DNA of 64,000 nt from Octopus sinensis (lineage: Eukaryota). Where the stretch lies: NCBI RefSeq assembly GCF_006345805.1, contig NC_043002.1:99572001-99636000 (forward strand), in the 5' to 3' direction. Positions 13,884-27,417 of the stretch are shown piece after piece (position 1 is the first letter of the stretch; each line of letters starts with the position of its first letter). Under the pieces are notes generated by a model. That model ran no database searches and was not told where the DNA came from. It saw nothing but the letters and a program-made list of their open reading frames with translations. The position numbers were made by a program, and so were the translations under genes.

Positions 13884-16800
13884 GTACAGAGTTTTCTCAA
13901 AAATAATGCTAAGAGTCAATTCATTGCATGCGTAGCAAAAGCATCTGCGTATTGTGTAACCAGCTCGAAATAACGACAAAATTTCCCTCGAATTACACAC
14001 CAGCAACTTAAGAAAGGAAAATACATATACATTGGAGATATGGATATGGATAACGAAAACAAGATAGGAAGGGTACACCCTAAACATTCTTGATTGCAGT
14101 TATTCCTAATCAAGTCTGATCTGGGACTCAGTTATGATGTATAATGAATAAACTCCCTGCTGGTATTTTGGCATATGTTACCCTGTTAGCTGAAGAACCC
14201 GTTTTAGAGTATCACTCATGGTCTATCATAGATCTGTTACTATAATTTTTGTGTCAGGATAGTTCTATTGACTTAGTTAATCGCGGAAGAAAGAACTTAA
14301 CTACTGTTGTTTGTGACAGCATTAATTAACTGAATGCAATACTGAGGTATAATAATCTGACATGCGAGAAACATTTTTTCTGTTCGTCGAAGCAAACAAA
14401 TGATTATTTCAAAAATGTAACGAAAGAACCTTGTCCTTATTCTTTACATGTTGTATAAGTTAGGATGAATTAGAACCGTGTTTCGTGGTCTGCTACCACA
14501 ACAGCTCCTTTATAGGATCCAGTTAGCTCAAGACATCATCAGGAGGAACCACGTCCGGTTTCGGCCCCTAATCCTCTACCGTTTTGACGTGGCACCCCCC
14601 CCCTTTCGGAGGTGTTTTCAGCTCTGGTGTAGGGTGCATGTCTTCTTTCTTTTTCTTTATTCTGTTCCCTGGCCTCTTCGATGTATCGTCAGGGAGTGTC
14701 AGCCGGTGACTGACTGACTTGTCAATTTTTTTTTCCCTTAAAAAAAAAATTGACAAGTCAGTCAGTCACCGTTGTGTTAGTTATATATTATACTGATTAC
14801 TGTATTAGTTATATATTATATTGATTATTGGACTACATGGCGTTTGGAACCAACATTGTTCACGTGTAAGACTTAGTTTGATGTATAATGCATTGAATAT
14901 ATGCCAACAGTCACGTCTGATACCATTTTAGTGCCGATTGTAATATATTCATTAATCACTAGAAATTTTACTAGTAGGAATATTGTGACACGTGGTGATC
15001 TACAAATTATTTATGGTGGCAATGTAGTAATCGATCTATAAATGGAGTGAAGAGTGCTGATACCGTTGCTCTCGCCCCACGATACAAATATATCATGACT
15101 ATTACGAACAGTAAAATCAAATGCTCACTTCTGTTTGCCATTTTAAATTTAAGCGTAAAGAATACAGGTTTTATAATATAGCTTATATATTGATTGCATT
15201 CATCTTCACAAAATATACTGTTCGTAATATGTATTGCCCTTGTGTTTACGTGGATATATGCAACAATGTTCCAGGAAGTAGTTCGACACAGTAATGTTGC
15301 TGCCTACAGAAAATATATGCTAGAAATTCTTTCTACAATAACATTATAGAAGTTTGCGAATTTTGTAATTTGGCTGTCACGGTTAATATGTGTTTCTTCA
15401 TATATGGTTATTATTCAAATAATGATTGGAACCGATGATTTGCCGATATCATTTAAAACAATATTCACAATTTTCAACAAAGATCTCCGAAGTTACACCG
15501 ACTGGCAGGAAATCATTTGCCAACACATTCCAGATTCTCTTCTGTGTATGTGTTGTCTGTTTAGTTTCAAGCGTACAGTTGCTTCTACACTTCAGAGCTA
15601 GTCTTGCACCCCAACACCACTCTCAGACAGGTCGACTCTGTTCGTGTCCGCTCCTCCTTTTTCACCTATTTCTTCGAAACCCGAAAATTACTATTTTCAC
15701 TCCTTTCTAACGATAATGTCAGCGCCTTGGAATTCCCTTGTGACCGTGATTTCAAGTGCCCGTTAACTGTTAGCCATTAAAGATAGATTAACGGCACCAT
15801 TCTTATTGGAATCCGAATGAGTGCGAAAATAATAATAAATAACACAGAACTGTAAATTTAACTTAGTTGGTTCTAAGCAGATAACAAGTAAATAACAAGT
15901 ATTAGTACGTCAACATAATATATCCGGTATCGCTTATTCAAAACGATAGTTAACCGCTTGTAGCCTCCCATAGATTAGTATGATTGTCTTCGTTTATATT
16001 CAACCTCATAATTTATAAGACGGCGACTTAACGAAAAACAAAACAGTCGGGAATGGATTGTAAGATAGAATAACTCATTTTATCCTGAGTAAAAGAAAAG
16101 ATCGTGCATGAAATCAGACTGCAACCGTTACATACAGTGGCATTCGTCTGAATGCTGAAGAAATTTAACGATTGTTGGTTTACATATCTATGAGAAATAT
16201 AAAGGGCAGCACTGTATTTATTACATAGTTTTGTAGGCTGGGCTAAGAATTGATGATTAGATAATACAAAGATTTAAAAGATAATTTTAGAAATTAACCT
16301 GAAACTACTTACCCGTTAGTGCAATGTTACAGTAAGTGAATGATTTCGCCAATACTATTATCATTTTCTGAAATATAATTACTACTGTCGTGTTGATTTT
16401 TGGGCGAGAGTAGATCAAGATATTTCACTGTTATGCTTTTTTAACAGCATCAGTACGTTAAATCAAGTAAGGTGGGTGAGGTCGGAAACGGAAGTAATAT
16501 ACTAAAGACATTGACGATGAATCTCATGTGTATTAAATTCGTTATAACGTTCCGATCTGAATTGAGACTTAATAAATCAAGATTCACTTAATTAGTTATG
16601 AGAGAAATGGATATTAAAGAAATAGCCATTAGTTATACTTTGATTTAATATGATTTATAATTACAATTTAATCGAATCTAAATCTCTTATATGAAAGGCG
16701 TTTGGCATGTGACTGTATAGAGTTTAACGGAATTTATCGGTCTTCACGTAACTATAGAAAGGTTATAAAACTACCTGTTCTCTTGAGCAGTCTCCCATGT

Positions 16801-17246
16801 TTAAGAAATACAATGCTCTGAAACTGGTATGTTCAATTTTATTCTGTTCCTGTGTTCCTAATATGCTGGAAATGAGGGTGAGAGTATTCGTCTATAGTCG
16901 TCGAATGATATTTCTCAAGGAATCTACTGTTTTTTTTTTTTATATTCTGATCCAACTGTGAATAAAAATGTTCATTCCAGTGTTCGAACACATATCTTAA
17001 AACGTTATTGAAAATGTTGGTGTTTTCTGTTAGAAGAAGAATTTCAGTTAGTGTTCTTATTGAGCTTAATAATTTTTCGAAAAATTGCTCCCTTTTGTTA
17101 TAAATTATAGTGAGGTCCATTGCCTTTACTAACATTTTGAAGTTCGATTTTTAAATAGTCACATTTGAAAAACTTAGTTTTCATCGATGAGCTGAAACGC
17201 ATCAAATGTGTGAGTGTGTATCTATAGTTACAGACATATCTATGCA

Positions 17247-17286
<40 letters not shown>

Positions 17287-18270
17287 CACACACACATACA
17301 CGCATAATCCTAAATTTATGATCTCGAAAAAGAAAAACAAGACATTCACGCTGGTTATTTAAAAGTAGATGTAAATCTACGTCTGTTTTTTTCTTCTCCA
17401 GTACATGATTTTTAATTATCATAAACATTTAGAGAATTTAAAGTTATTACCACACTAAATTCCTTTTAAATACCCTTTTTAAATACTGTTGTATAGTTTT
17501 GAAGAAAAGATTAACGTTTCATGCTTTATAAATTAAATACTTAATCATTTTTAACTCATCATAATTGTTTGTAAATTATTCCTTTGTACACGCACCTTTC
17601 TTCTTTTCTTTTTTCCTGACTCCGCCTCTCTTTCTTTTGCTCTTTCATTCACACATCTTTTCTTTCCTCTTTCTCGGTCTCTACCTCAGTTCTCTAACAA
17701 TCAGCTGTATTTAACAGACTAAGTGTTTCAGTGAATTACTATAAAGAGACATGTAAAAACTATATTTATCGAGAAAAGAATTGAAACATACGTGTTTAAA
17801 TGCTTCTAGTGAATACAGAATCATTTATCATAAGTAAATTTAATCACAGGAAATTAATGTAGCCTAGCTTTGTCAGCTGCCGTATTACAACCAGCATAAC
17901 AAATTGGTTTTTCAAATGAGACATGTATACTTCTCTCAGTAATTAATTACAACGTGTTATGAATTTCAATTAGTTTTGGTATTTATAACATTTTAACGAT
18001 AAATGCTTCTGCGGCTCATATCTTCATTCTCATAGAGATGTTCAGCTAAAAAGCCTAATAGATAAAAAAAATAGATTGTGCAAACTGATGTCTTTCAGAA
18101 AATGTTTATAGCTGTCTGTGTTCTGTGCATACTTTGGTACTGAGAGTGTTCACCTGAGGAGTAGCCTGCGGTATACACTTCGCCTAGATATTTACCACTT
18201 CTGAGGTCTCGCTCGCTATGAAACATATGTAGACCGGATTTCATGTATTCCATTCCATAACTTTTATATA

Positions 18271-18480
18271 TCTTTTATATAAAACCAGTTCTGTCTGTGT
18301 GTTTGCCTTCTAGGATCTCGGGCATCCTCCATCCGATTGCGCTCAAATTTGATATGTAGATACCGACCGTATCAGGGCGTGTATAAGTCTTCAAAACATT
18401 TAAAAAATCGATTCCAGGTGAGAATGGGATCGATAAAGCCGGGGGAACGTGCATTTGTACGCGCAAGTACGTGAGTCGAA
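18271..18480 (+). mobile_element. Non-autonomous Helitron-like fragment, 5' part
   Basis: Starts A|TCttttatataaaa followed by ctgtctgtgtgtttg, like the Helitron at 43902. No clear 3' CTAG. Confidence 0.45.
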
Positions 18481-18638
18481 ATCCGTCTTTTGCTGGTATC
18501 TCAAATTTAGGTTAAATCAGTGTTTCTCAAAGTTGTTTTGAGAAATTTTGGTTTGAATGTTTGACAAATCAGCACCGTCCATCGGACGGGAGGAGTTTTG
18601 AGTTTTGCTCGATATATATATATATGTGTGTGTGTGTG

Positions 18639-18702
<64 letters not shown>

Positions 18703-19289
18703 GCAAAATTTATATTCAGATGAATATGGTACTTAAGTTAAAGGCACCAGAATTTTGTATGGCATTATCCAAATAAATCAAATGGGGTGATTATAATCAA
18801 AATAAGCTACAAGGATATCCAAGTTCGAGTAGTACAATTGTTTCATGCTACATCATTTTATTAAACACTGTAAGTATTACATCAGTTCTCAAATGTCGAG
18901 CAAACTTCAATCACATACAATTAAACGGACAATGCACGGAGAGGTTAATTTCATTCTTTAGAACATGATGGTGGTATGTTCATTCTCCCTAGAAGGCACA
19001 CAAACAGCCACAACGGTTTTTATATAAAAGATATATAAGAATGGAATGAACATACTACCATCATGTTCTTAAGAATGAAATTAACCTCTTTGTCTACATA
19101 TCTACTCTCTTTGTCATATTGGCAAATGAAATATGGATAAGAATGTGCATTGTCTGTTTAATTGGAAAATTCTGTATGTGACTGAAGATTGCTGGACATT
19201 TTAAAATTGATGTAATACTTACAGTGTTTAATAAAATGAGGTAGCATGAAACAATTGTACCACCCTACCTTTGATATCTTTGCTTATTT

Positions 19290-19340
<51 letters not shown>

Positions 19341-19486
19341 AATATATATATATATGTTTCAATCATTTGACTGGCATCATACTGGAGCACAACTTTCAAG
19401 AGTTTATTCGAATGAATCGACCTCATTTGTGTTATTCTGAATCTGAAACTTACTCCATTGTGATCTTTTGAAAATCAACGCACACG

Positions 19487-19558
<72 letters not shown>

Positions 19559-19559
19559 C

Positions 19560-19599
<40 letters not shown>

Positions 19600-19604
19600 T
19601 GATT

Positions 19605-19648
<44 letters not shown>

Positions 19649-19893
19649 CATGTACATATATAAATATACTTATACATATATATACTTACAAAAACATATG
19701 CATATACACACATATATACATATTTATATAGAAAGAGAGAGAGAGAGAAAGATGGAGCTGCCTGAAACGACCGTAATGCATTGACAGCTGTACATCCTTG
19801 TTAGTTATTTACATTCTGTCAATCTAACTTCGAGCTCTGCTGACAATACCGAACTGGCAAAGTGCTTCAATCTAAGTACCTAATTCAACTGAA

Positions 19894-19931
<38 letters not shown>

Positions 19932-19965
19932 ACATACACACACACATACACACACACACAAACAC

Positions 19966-19997
<32 letters not shown>

Positions 19998-20106
19998 ATT
20001 ACTATGTTAATAAATTGATTTAAATCCTTACCAACTCTCCATTTTCTGACATTTTATTAAATTATACTTATAATAATCCCATACATGCGAAGACACACAC
20101 ACAGAT

Positions 20107-20144
<38 letters not shown>

Positions 20145-20154
20145 TTACAGTGAA

Positions 20155-20486
20155 AACGCTTGACTCGGTGGTTAGAGCATGGAGATTACGATCTTGAGGT
20201 TGTGAGTTAGAATTCCGGACCGGACTGCGTGCTTTCTTCTTGAGCAAGACACTTTATTTCACGTTGCTCCAGTTTACTCAGCTGTAGAAATGAGTTGCGA
20301 TGTAACAAGTGCCAAGTTGTATTGGCCTTTGCCTCACCCTTGGAAAACACTGGTGGTGTGGAGAGGGGATGCTGGTATGCATGGGCGACTGCTGGTCTTC
20401 CGTAAACAACCTTGCCCGGACTTGTGCCTGGGAGGGTAACTTTCTAGGTGCAATCCCACGGCCAGTCATGACCGAAGGGGGTCTCA
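20155..20486 (+). mobile_element. tRNA-derived SINE family B
   Basis: A-box-like tcggtggttagagca, B-box-like gagttagaattcc, then cttgagcaagacactttatttcacgttgctccag body; ends before CA/TA repeats. Confidence 0.7.
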
Positions 20487-20560
20487 TACATTTACATAAA
20501 TATACATATACATAAATACACAACACACACACACACACACACACACACACCACACATATA

Positions 20561-20615
<55 letters not shown>

Positions 20616-21744
20616 CATATATACATATTAAGAACGTCGTAGAGTACAGAAAAAACCTCGTCTTCCTTTAGATTTCACTCTGTGCTATCCAGTAGTCCTA
20701 TTATACGTTCTTCTAGGTTTGTGTTTTTGGCCTGTATCGTATGTGAGTAGATAATTGAAGAAAATTGGCGTCAACAAGCAGGAGTACGGTTGAACATTTA
20801 TTTTCAGTCACTTCAATTGTTTGTACGCAACGTAGTTCTCCAGGCGTGCAATGGTTTGATTATGCAACTGTTTCCTTGCATTATAAGATCTAGCTGTGTT
20901 TCCTCAAGCGATATGTAAATATTGTCTCAGTAAGTTCAAATTCTCGGCTCCAAGAGCGTCCTCTCTTCTTGTCGTGGCCTGAAGTTAGTAGTAACCACTG
21001 AATATATGAAGGTGTGTTGTTGCTGAAGTAAAAATTGTTATAGTGTTCTCTTTTAAAGTAACTGATTGTCACATATTTGTTTCTCACTTAATAGAAGCAT
21101 TAAAAATGAATTGACACGCGTGTGTATGGTGTGTGTGTCTGTATGTGTGTGTGTCTGTATGTGTGTGCATGTATGTATATATGTATGTATGTATGTACAC
21201 GCGTATTTATGTAACTGTATTAACCTCATAGAAGTATATAGTAATTGTAGGAAATCAATATTACTCAAAGCACAAACATAGGAACCAATCCTTATATTTA
21301 ATATAAGAGGGTTAAATTGTAAGGTAGCAACGGTGTATCAGTACAAAACTATAAAATCGTAATTCACGAATGGTTCTTTCTTGATGTTGGGTAATTGCGT
21401 TCCTTACCCACACAAATATATGCCTCTTATTAGTGTTACCTTTAGCAAATAGAAGGATTTGATGTCAAATAATTGTGAAAATATTTATAAATAAACGAAT
21501 AAAGTGTTTCGTTTCCGATATGGACAACGGAATGATTGTTTAAACTTACGGTAATAGATTAGACAATGTTATCGAAGATTATTGCGAATCTAAAGTTTAA
21601 AATAAGTGTAGTATTTCCTTCCTTCTGTTGCAGGTTAAGATTGTTCCTAAAAAGAATCTCTTCATTTCAGTAACGGCTCCTTCCAGACCTAGAAATTTCA
21701 GAGAATATATATTTCCTATGTAGTTGTTTCATGGGGTAATTATT

Positions 21745-21969
21745 GAGCTGGCAGAAACGTTAGCACCCCGGGCGAAATGCGTAGCTGTATTTCAGCTGCC
21801 GTTACGTTCTGAGTTCAAATTCCACCGAGGTCGACTTTGACTTTCATCCTTTCGGGGTCGATTAAATAAGTACCAGTTATTCACTGGGGTCGGTAAAATC
21901 GACTTAATCCGTTTGTCTGTCCTTGTTTGTCCTCTCTGTGTTTAGCCCCTTGTGGGTAGTAAAGAAATT
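21745..21969 (+). mobile_element. MetaSINE-like SINE, young subfamily
   Basis: Meta-like ctttcatcctttcggggtcgattaaataagtacc; 10-bp TSD ggtaattatt at 21735-21744 and 21970-21979. Confidence 0.88.
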
Positions 21970-24431
21970 GGTAATTATTTGCTGTACTATCATCATAATT
22001 CCTATTTCGCCTGTTCCCAGTTATCATCGAGATAGTTCTTGCAAATTTCAGGGCTTTGATTCTTGCTCATTATGAAACTGATAGGTATCAGTAAAATATA
22101 CATTTTTCTGATAATGTGTGATTTGAGACCATTCTACGAAAGTTTTAGACGAACAATTCGATTGTGGTTGTCGTGTTTCAGTTTTGGAAATTTTCTAATT
22201 TCTTTCGTCTGCTTCTTTCTTTCTCTCTCTCTCTAACTTTCTGCCACTCCTTCCTTCTCGACCTCCTCTCATTCCCACTCTTTTTCGTCTCCCTCTCGTC
22301 CTGTACGACGCCGGTTTTATAAATGCCATCAGTAACAAGCCCCCTTGACCAAGTCTGAAGTTCTATGATGTTTCTTTGGAATAATAGAACAGTTCTTCCC
22401 AGTGAACGTCTGCCAGAAGAATGATTTCTGAGATTTAAACGTGAAATATAGTGAAAGCAGTATATGAGATTCGTTTGATCATCAATATTTAATTCTCGTT
22501 CGCTTGATTCGTTGAATGATATCTCATTTAACTTATTCTAGTTCATCTTTTTGTAGTTTTTGATGATGCTATTATCACATGTCTATTTCGTGTAAAATAT
22601 TGGTCTTATCATTTTGTATATTGGGTTTGAAATTCTGCGTGGGCGAAATTTGTAGTTCTCATTTGTTAGGAAATCGTTATTGGATTTTAAGATTTTAATT
22701 ATTGAAAATATTACCTTAAATTGTTGCAATAATATTGGTGGGATTGGAATTTATGAATTTTGACTCATGTTTATGCATCCTAGTTTCATTCTTGCCTTGT
22801 TTATCGTAAAAGTACACTTGGCATCATGTTTTTGCAATTGAATTATCAATCTTCTCTCTTAGTACTTTTAGATAGTTTATGCTATGCGTATAGTTTCCAT
22901 CTAAATATCAATATTTTGTTTCAAAGTTCTTGGCTAATAATGGTAATTGAGCGGAAGAGAATGGTTCACCATTTAGAGTTTGCTTATTCAGAGAATATCG
23001 TAAAAGATGAGTTTTTAAAATAACTCTATGCAAACTAGCAGAGTAATTGGTAAAATATTTTCTAAGAATAATTGAAGGCTATAAATATGTATGTTTTTCT
23101 CTCCTAATGAGAAGGTGCCTAACATTGAAATGACATTGTCACTTAGATTCATATACAAAGCAGTCAGAACTATCAAGCAATAAGAAACCACAACCAGTCG
23201 TTGCATCAAGAGAAAGTAGAGGGAGGGTTTATTTGTGAAGTTAGATAAGTATTTACTTTTGAGGGAACAATTATTGTTAATGTAGGCCATAGTGTCGTGG
23301 TTGTAGTCGATTAGACCATACCAGCACGTTATCTTATGAACGTAGGAAAAATGAAAAGCAAAGTTGAATTCGGTAGAATTTTAAGGGAGAAAAAATTCCA
23401 CAGAATATTTTCTCTACGTCTGAAAATTCTTCCAAGCCAGTGCTTTTACGTTTGAAGTAATTATAGAATAGAAGTAAGGACATAAATTAAAAAAAAAAAA
23501 AACACCTCAATATTATCCTTGGGAATCTGTACCTTGCTTTTTAATAATGTGTTGCTGATTGAAATTTTGCTAAGATTAAGTTTAGCTTTTCTAAGCTATT
23601 TAATTGTTAAATATTGTCTGACATGTTAAGCAAAGGAATTTAAAGCTTAATTTTTGTGAATACATTGATTTATGAGAAAAGCGAACAAAAAAGATATAAA
23701 TATATACAAGATACTGAAACTAATTATCATAGAAACGCTAATGTGGAAGATAAATCTTAGCGGAATTCTATTTGAATAAATAAAAAATAACTATTTCAGA
23801 GGTGAGTTGAGTGGCGAGAATGTGTATCCTTCTTAATCTTTACCGTATCAATATACTCAAAAGCTCAAGTATGCTCATGTTTTTCTAAGATTTACCTAAT
23901 TCCATGCAAAGAGGATCACATTAACGCTTGAATGGCCGACACGTGATGCACGTGTATGAACATGTGAAAATCATATAGTAAAACAATAGTTATGTGTAAG
24001 GTGATTTTAATAATAAAATTTAGATCGCCACGCTTTCCTGCACACCGTAGAATTTCAAAAAAAATTATACACTGTTGTAAATTTGCATGCTTATGACGTA
24101 TTTCCAAAAAAACTTAATGAGAAAAATATTACAAAACTTATAAAGTTTGAAATATTAGCTAACAGTAACCAAAGGAAACCGTGCAAATCTTATAATTGTA
24201 TGAGAATGGATATTATAGACCATGAGGTGTGGGAAATATTGATTTATTGAAGACATTATGGTATCAAAGGTCTCCGAGCAAAAAACTAGGATCATCATGT
24301 ACACTACCACAACATATAACGATTAACATTGGACCCCCACAGAACTGTCTACAGAGCCCGAGACGGAAGGCGCCACTGCTAGCAGTGAAGTTTTAAGGAG
24401 TTAGTAAAGTGAATGAAGAAGAATGGGGTAT

Positions 24432-24823
24432 ATTCTTTTCTACTCTAGACACGAGGACCAAATATTTTGGGGAGTGGGGCCAGTCGATCAAAGTACCCAA
24501 CTGGTACTTAATTTATCGCCCCCGAAGGGATGAAATGCAAAGTCGACCTCGGCGGAATTTGAACTCAGAACGTAACGGCAGACGAAATGCCTATTTCTTT
24601 ACTACCCACAAGTGGCTAAATACAGAGAGGACAAACAAGGACAGAGAAACGTATAAAGTCGATTACATCGACGCCAGTGCGTAACTGGTACTTATTTAAT
24701 CGACCCCGAAAGGATGAAAGGTAAAGGCGATCTCGGCGGAATTTGAACTCAGAACGTAACGGCAGACGAAATACGCCTACGCATTTTACCCGGGGTGCTA
24801 ACGTTTCTGCCAGCTCGCCGCCT
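24432..24823 (-). mobile_element. Composite MetaSINE: young copy 24592-24823 joined to older headless body and tail 24432-24591
   Basis: Two Meta-like domains in tandem; the whole unit is flanked by agaatg(g/a)ggtat at 24420-24431 and 24828-24839. Confidence 0.85.
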
Positions 24824-25584
24824 TCACAGAATGAGGTATATTAAATGTCTTACTTTTTATTTGTCACGGAATAGTAAAGTTTTAAAAATTCGAGTTTCTA
24901 AATTTACACTTTGTCGAGAGATATACACGTACATCTCTCTATCATTCCCATTCTCTCTATATATATATTTCTCTCTGTACACACACATGCATATTCACAT
25001 GTGTGTGTGTGTGAGAGAGAGGGTGTGTGTGTGTGTGCATTAGGCACATTAGACCTGGCGGAGACCACCTTAATCTATCTCTGACTACTGTAGATATCAT
25101 CTAGTACGAAAGAGTTGAATGGAAGAAAAGACTAAGAAAATTCAAAGAATCACCTGCAGTACTACTATTCTAGTACATGATTTTAAATCACCACCCTGGG
25201 AGCAAACGTTCACCACAAGTCTGTGTATAGTTTCCTCTACCTACCTATCCACACACACAGATACACACGCATACACACACACACACACACACTCATACAT
25301 ACATATACACAATTGAGTTAATCTCTAAGAATGTATATATGTGTGTGTCTGTGTCTGCATGTACGAGTGTGCACGTTTGTTTGTATATGCGTGCGTACGT
25401 TTGCCTGAGTATATGTGTGTGTGTATGTTACTAATGTAGGTTAACGCATATCTTGACGCTAGTCTAATGGCCTTGCGGCCAACACCGGAAAAGGAACCTT
25501 ATGGGAGCATAAATACAGTAATCCAGAATAACTGAATTTGCAAATTCCTATTTTGTAACAAAAGATATATATTCATGCCGGCAT

Positions 25585-25729
25585 GGCTGTTTGATTAGAA
25601 GTTTTCTTCCCAGACATATGGTACCGGCTCAGTCCCACAGAGAGACAACTTGAAGAGGTGTTTTCTACTATAGCTTCAGGCCGATCAAACCTTTGTGAGT
25701 GGATTTGGTAGACGTGTCTGTATGTATAT

Positions 25730-25793
<64 letters not shown>

Positions 25794-25951
25794 GGAGTAA
25801 ACACATAACTGTGAAACAAGGTGGAAAAAGAGTACTCAAATACCAGTGGTAGAGTAATAAATTCAACAAAACCTGTTACTCAGAGTTTCCGATGAACGGC
25901 AACGGGAAACTCAGGGTAACAGGTTTTGTTGAATTTTCTGCTGCTTTAAAT

Positions 25952-25995
<44 letters not shown>

Positions 25996-26010
25996 ATATG
26001 TGTGTGTGTG

Positions 26011-26049
<39 letters not shown>

Positions 26050-26285
26050 TGTGAATGTGTGTGTGTGTGAATGCATGTATATATGTATATGTGTGTGTGC
26101 GCGTGTCTATGTGTCTTTGCGTCTACGTTTGTCCTCACTACAGCTGCACAACCGGTAGTGGCTAGGAGTTTGGCAAAAGAGAACGATGCAATAATAACAA
26201 AGATTAAAAAAATAAGTATTGGGGTAAAAGATATTTAGCGGTTGTGCCCCACCATGGCCGCAATCTAATAGCTGCAAGATAAAAG
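25585..26285 (+). mobile_element. tRNA-derived SINE family D, interrupted in its central microsatellite
   Basis: Head and body (ttctactatagc..gtgagtggatttggtagacg) at 25585-25720; tail (ttggcaaaagagaacgat..catggccgca) at about 26140-26285. Confidence 0.65.
25791..25955. mobile_element. Collapsed fold-back copy of the 45359-45730 hammerhead element
   Basis: Same start accggagtaaacacataa..gtagagtaat; about 30-bp inverted arms around gatgaacggcaacg; lies in (TA)n. Confidence 0.8.
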
Positions 26286-26313
26286 ATGACGTCTATCTTA
26301 ATATATCGTATGT

Positions 26314-26492
26314 AAGGCGTCGAGCTGGGAGAATCATTAACACACCGGGAAAGATGCTTACCGGCATTTCGTCCGCCTTTACCTTCTCAGTACAAACCCT
26401 GCCGAAGTCGCCTTTTCCTTTCATCCCTTGTGGGGTCGATAAAATTAGTAACAGTTGAGCATTGCTGGCCTTCTGCCAAAATTTGAAACCGA
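26314..26492 (+). mobile_element. MetaSINE-like SINE, old and degenerate
   Basis: aaggcgtcgagctgg head and cctttcatcccttgtggggtcgataaaatt. Confidence 0.7.
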
Positions 26493-26662
26493 TATTACGT
26501 GCTATGGAATACTATTTTTGACTTAGAACAGGACTCTGATATGAAGTGGTTTATTATCATAACAAACACCGAAGTAACGACCTAGTATTTAATGAACGAA
26601 TGTTGCACATATATGAAGATGATATATTACAATTTACGTTATACCATTCTATATTTAAATGT

Positions 26663-26957
26663 GGAGGCGCAATGGCCCAGTGGTTAGGACAGCGGACTCG
26701 CGGTCGTAGGATCACGGTTTCGATTCCCTGACCGGGCGCTGTGAGTGTTTTTTGAGCGAAAACACCTAAAGCTCCACAAGGCTAAGGCAGGAGGTGGTGG
26801 CGAGCCCTGCTGTACTCTTTCTCTCACTGTTTCTTCTGTTGGCCTGCTCGCTTAGCCAGCGGGGTGGTGTCATTTGCAGGCTAAAACAATGCGAAGCGCA
26901 TTGTGACCAGCAATGTGTAGCAACATCTGATAGCATGGTCAGTCACGGGATAACGTG
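26663..26957 (+). mobile_element. tRNA-derived SINE family A, tail type 2
   Basis: Head ggaggcgcaatggcccagtggttagg..ggtttcgattccc; 12-bp TSD atatttaaatgt at 26651-26662 and 26958-26969. Confidence 0.9.
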
Positions 26958-27185
26958 ATATTTAAATGTAAATAAGCCCTTAAATTTTATCAATAAGTGC
27001 CCTCTTCTACATTCATGATATGAACAGCTAATTGATAATGTTGTGATTGGTGACATGCTTTTATGAACCAAACAAAATTGATCTGTTCTATATAAAATAT
27101 TTGTTTAATATAATACATGTGTATGTATGTCCATGTGTATATAATTTCGTGCCTGTATTAATGTGTGTGTGTGTTGTTTGTTCCT

Positions 27186-27417
27186 TCTCGAGCCATGCTT
27201 GGCTCATAAGGCCTGGTTTCCCGGTTTCTTGGCGTATAGGTTCCCCACCTGGAAGGGACGCCGGTCCGTCGCAGGTGAGCTGCAAGATGCAAGAGGAAAG
27301 AGTGAGAGAAAGTTGTGGCTTAGATGTTTCGCTCATAAACACACACACATCGTCCAGTCTGAGATTCGAACCCTCGATTGCGATTCCGCTGCTCTTACCA
27401 CTAAGCCATGTGCCTCC
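27186..27417 (-). mobile_element. SINE family A, tail type 1, degenerate
   Basis: Head remnant at 27360-27417; tail homologous to 11575-11700. Confidence 0.75.

Noticed and set aside
14470-14570. Minus-strand CTGATGA and two GAAAC words as a hammerhead
   Set aside because: Spacing and pairing do not give a valid three-stem junction.
18270-19033. Inverted match atcttttatataaaa(a)cc at 18270 and about 19017-19033 as TIRs
   Set aside because: Short, AT-rich and typical of Helitron 5' ends; no TSD or internal coherence.
21620-21725. Strong acceptor followed by VKIVPKKNLFISVTAPSRPRNFREYIFPM*
   Set aside because: No good donor before the stop and no recognisable homology.
26663-26740. tRNA-like sequences at SINE heads (also 11810-11883, 42340-42415, 20155-20225)
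   Set aside because: They have A/B boxes but run into SINE bodies with TSDs, and I could not build a convincing cloverleaf; not tRNA genes.
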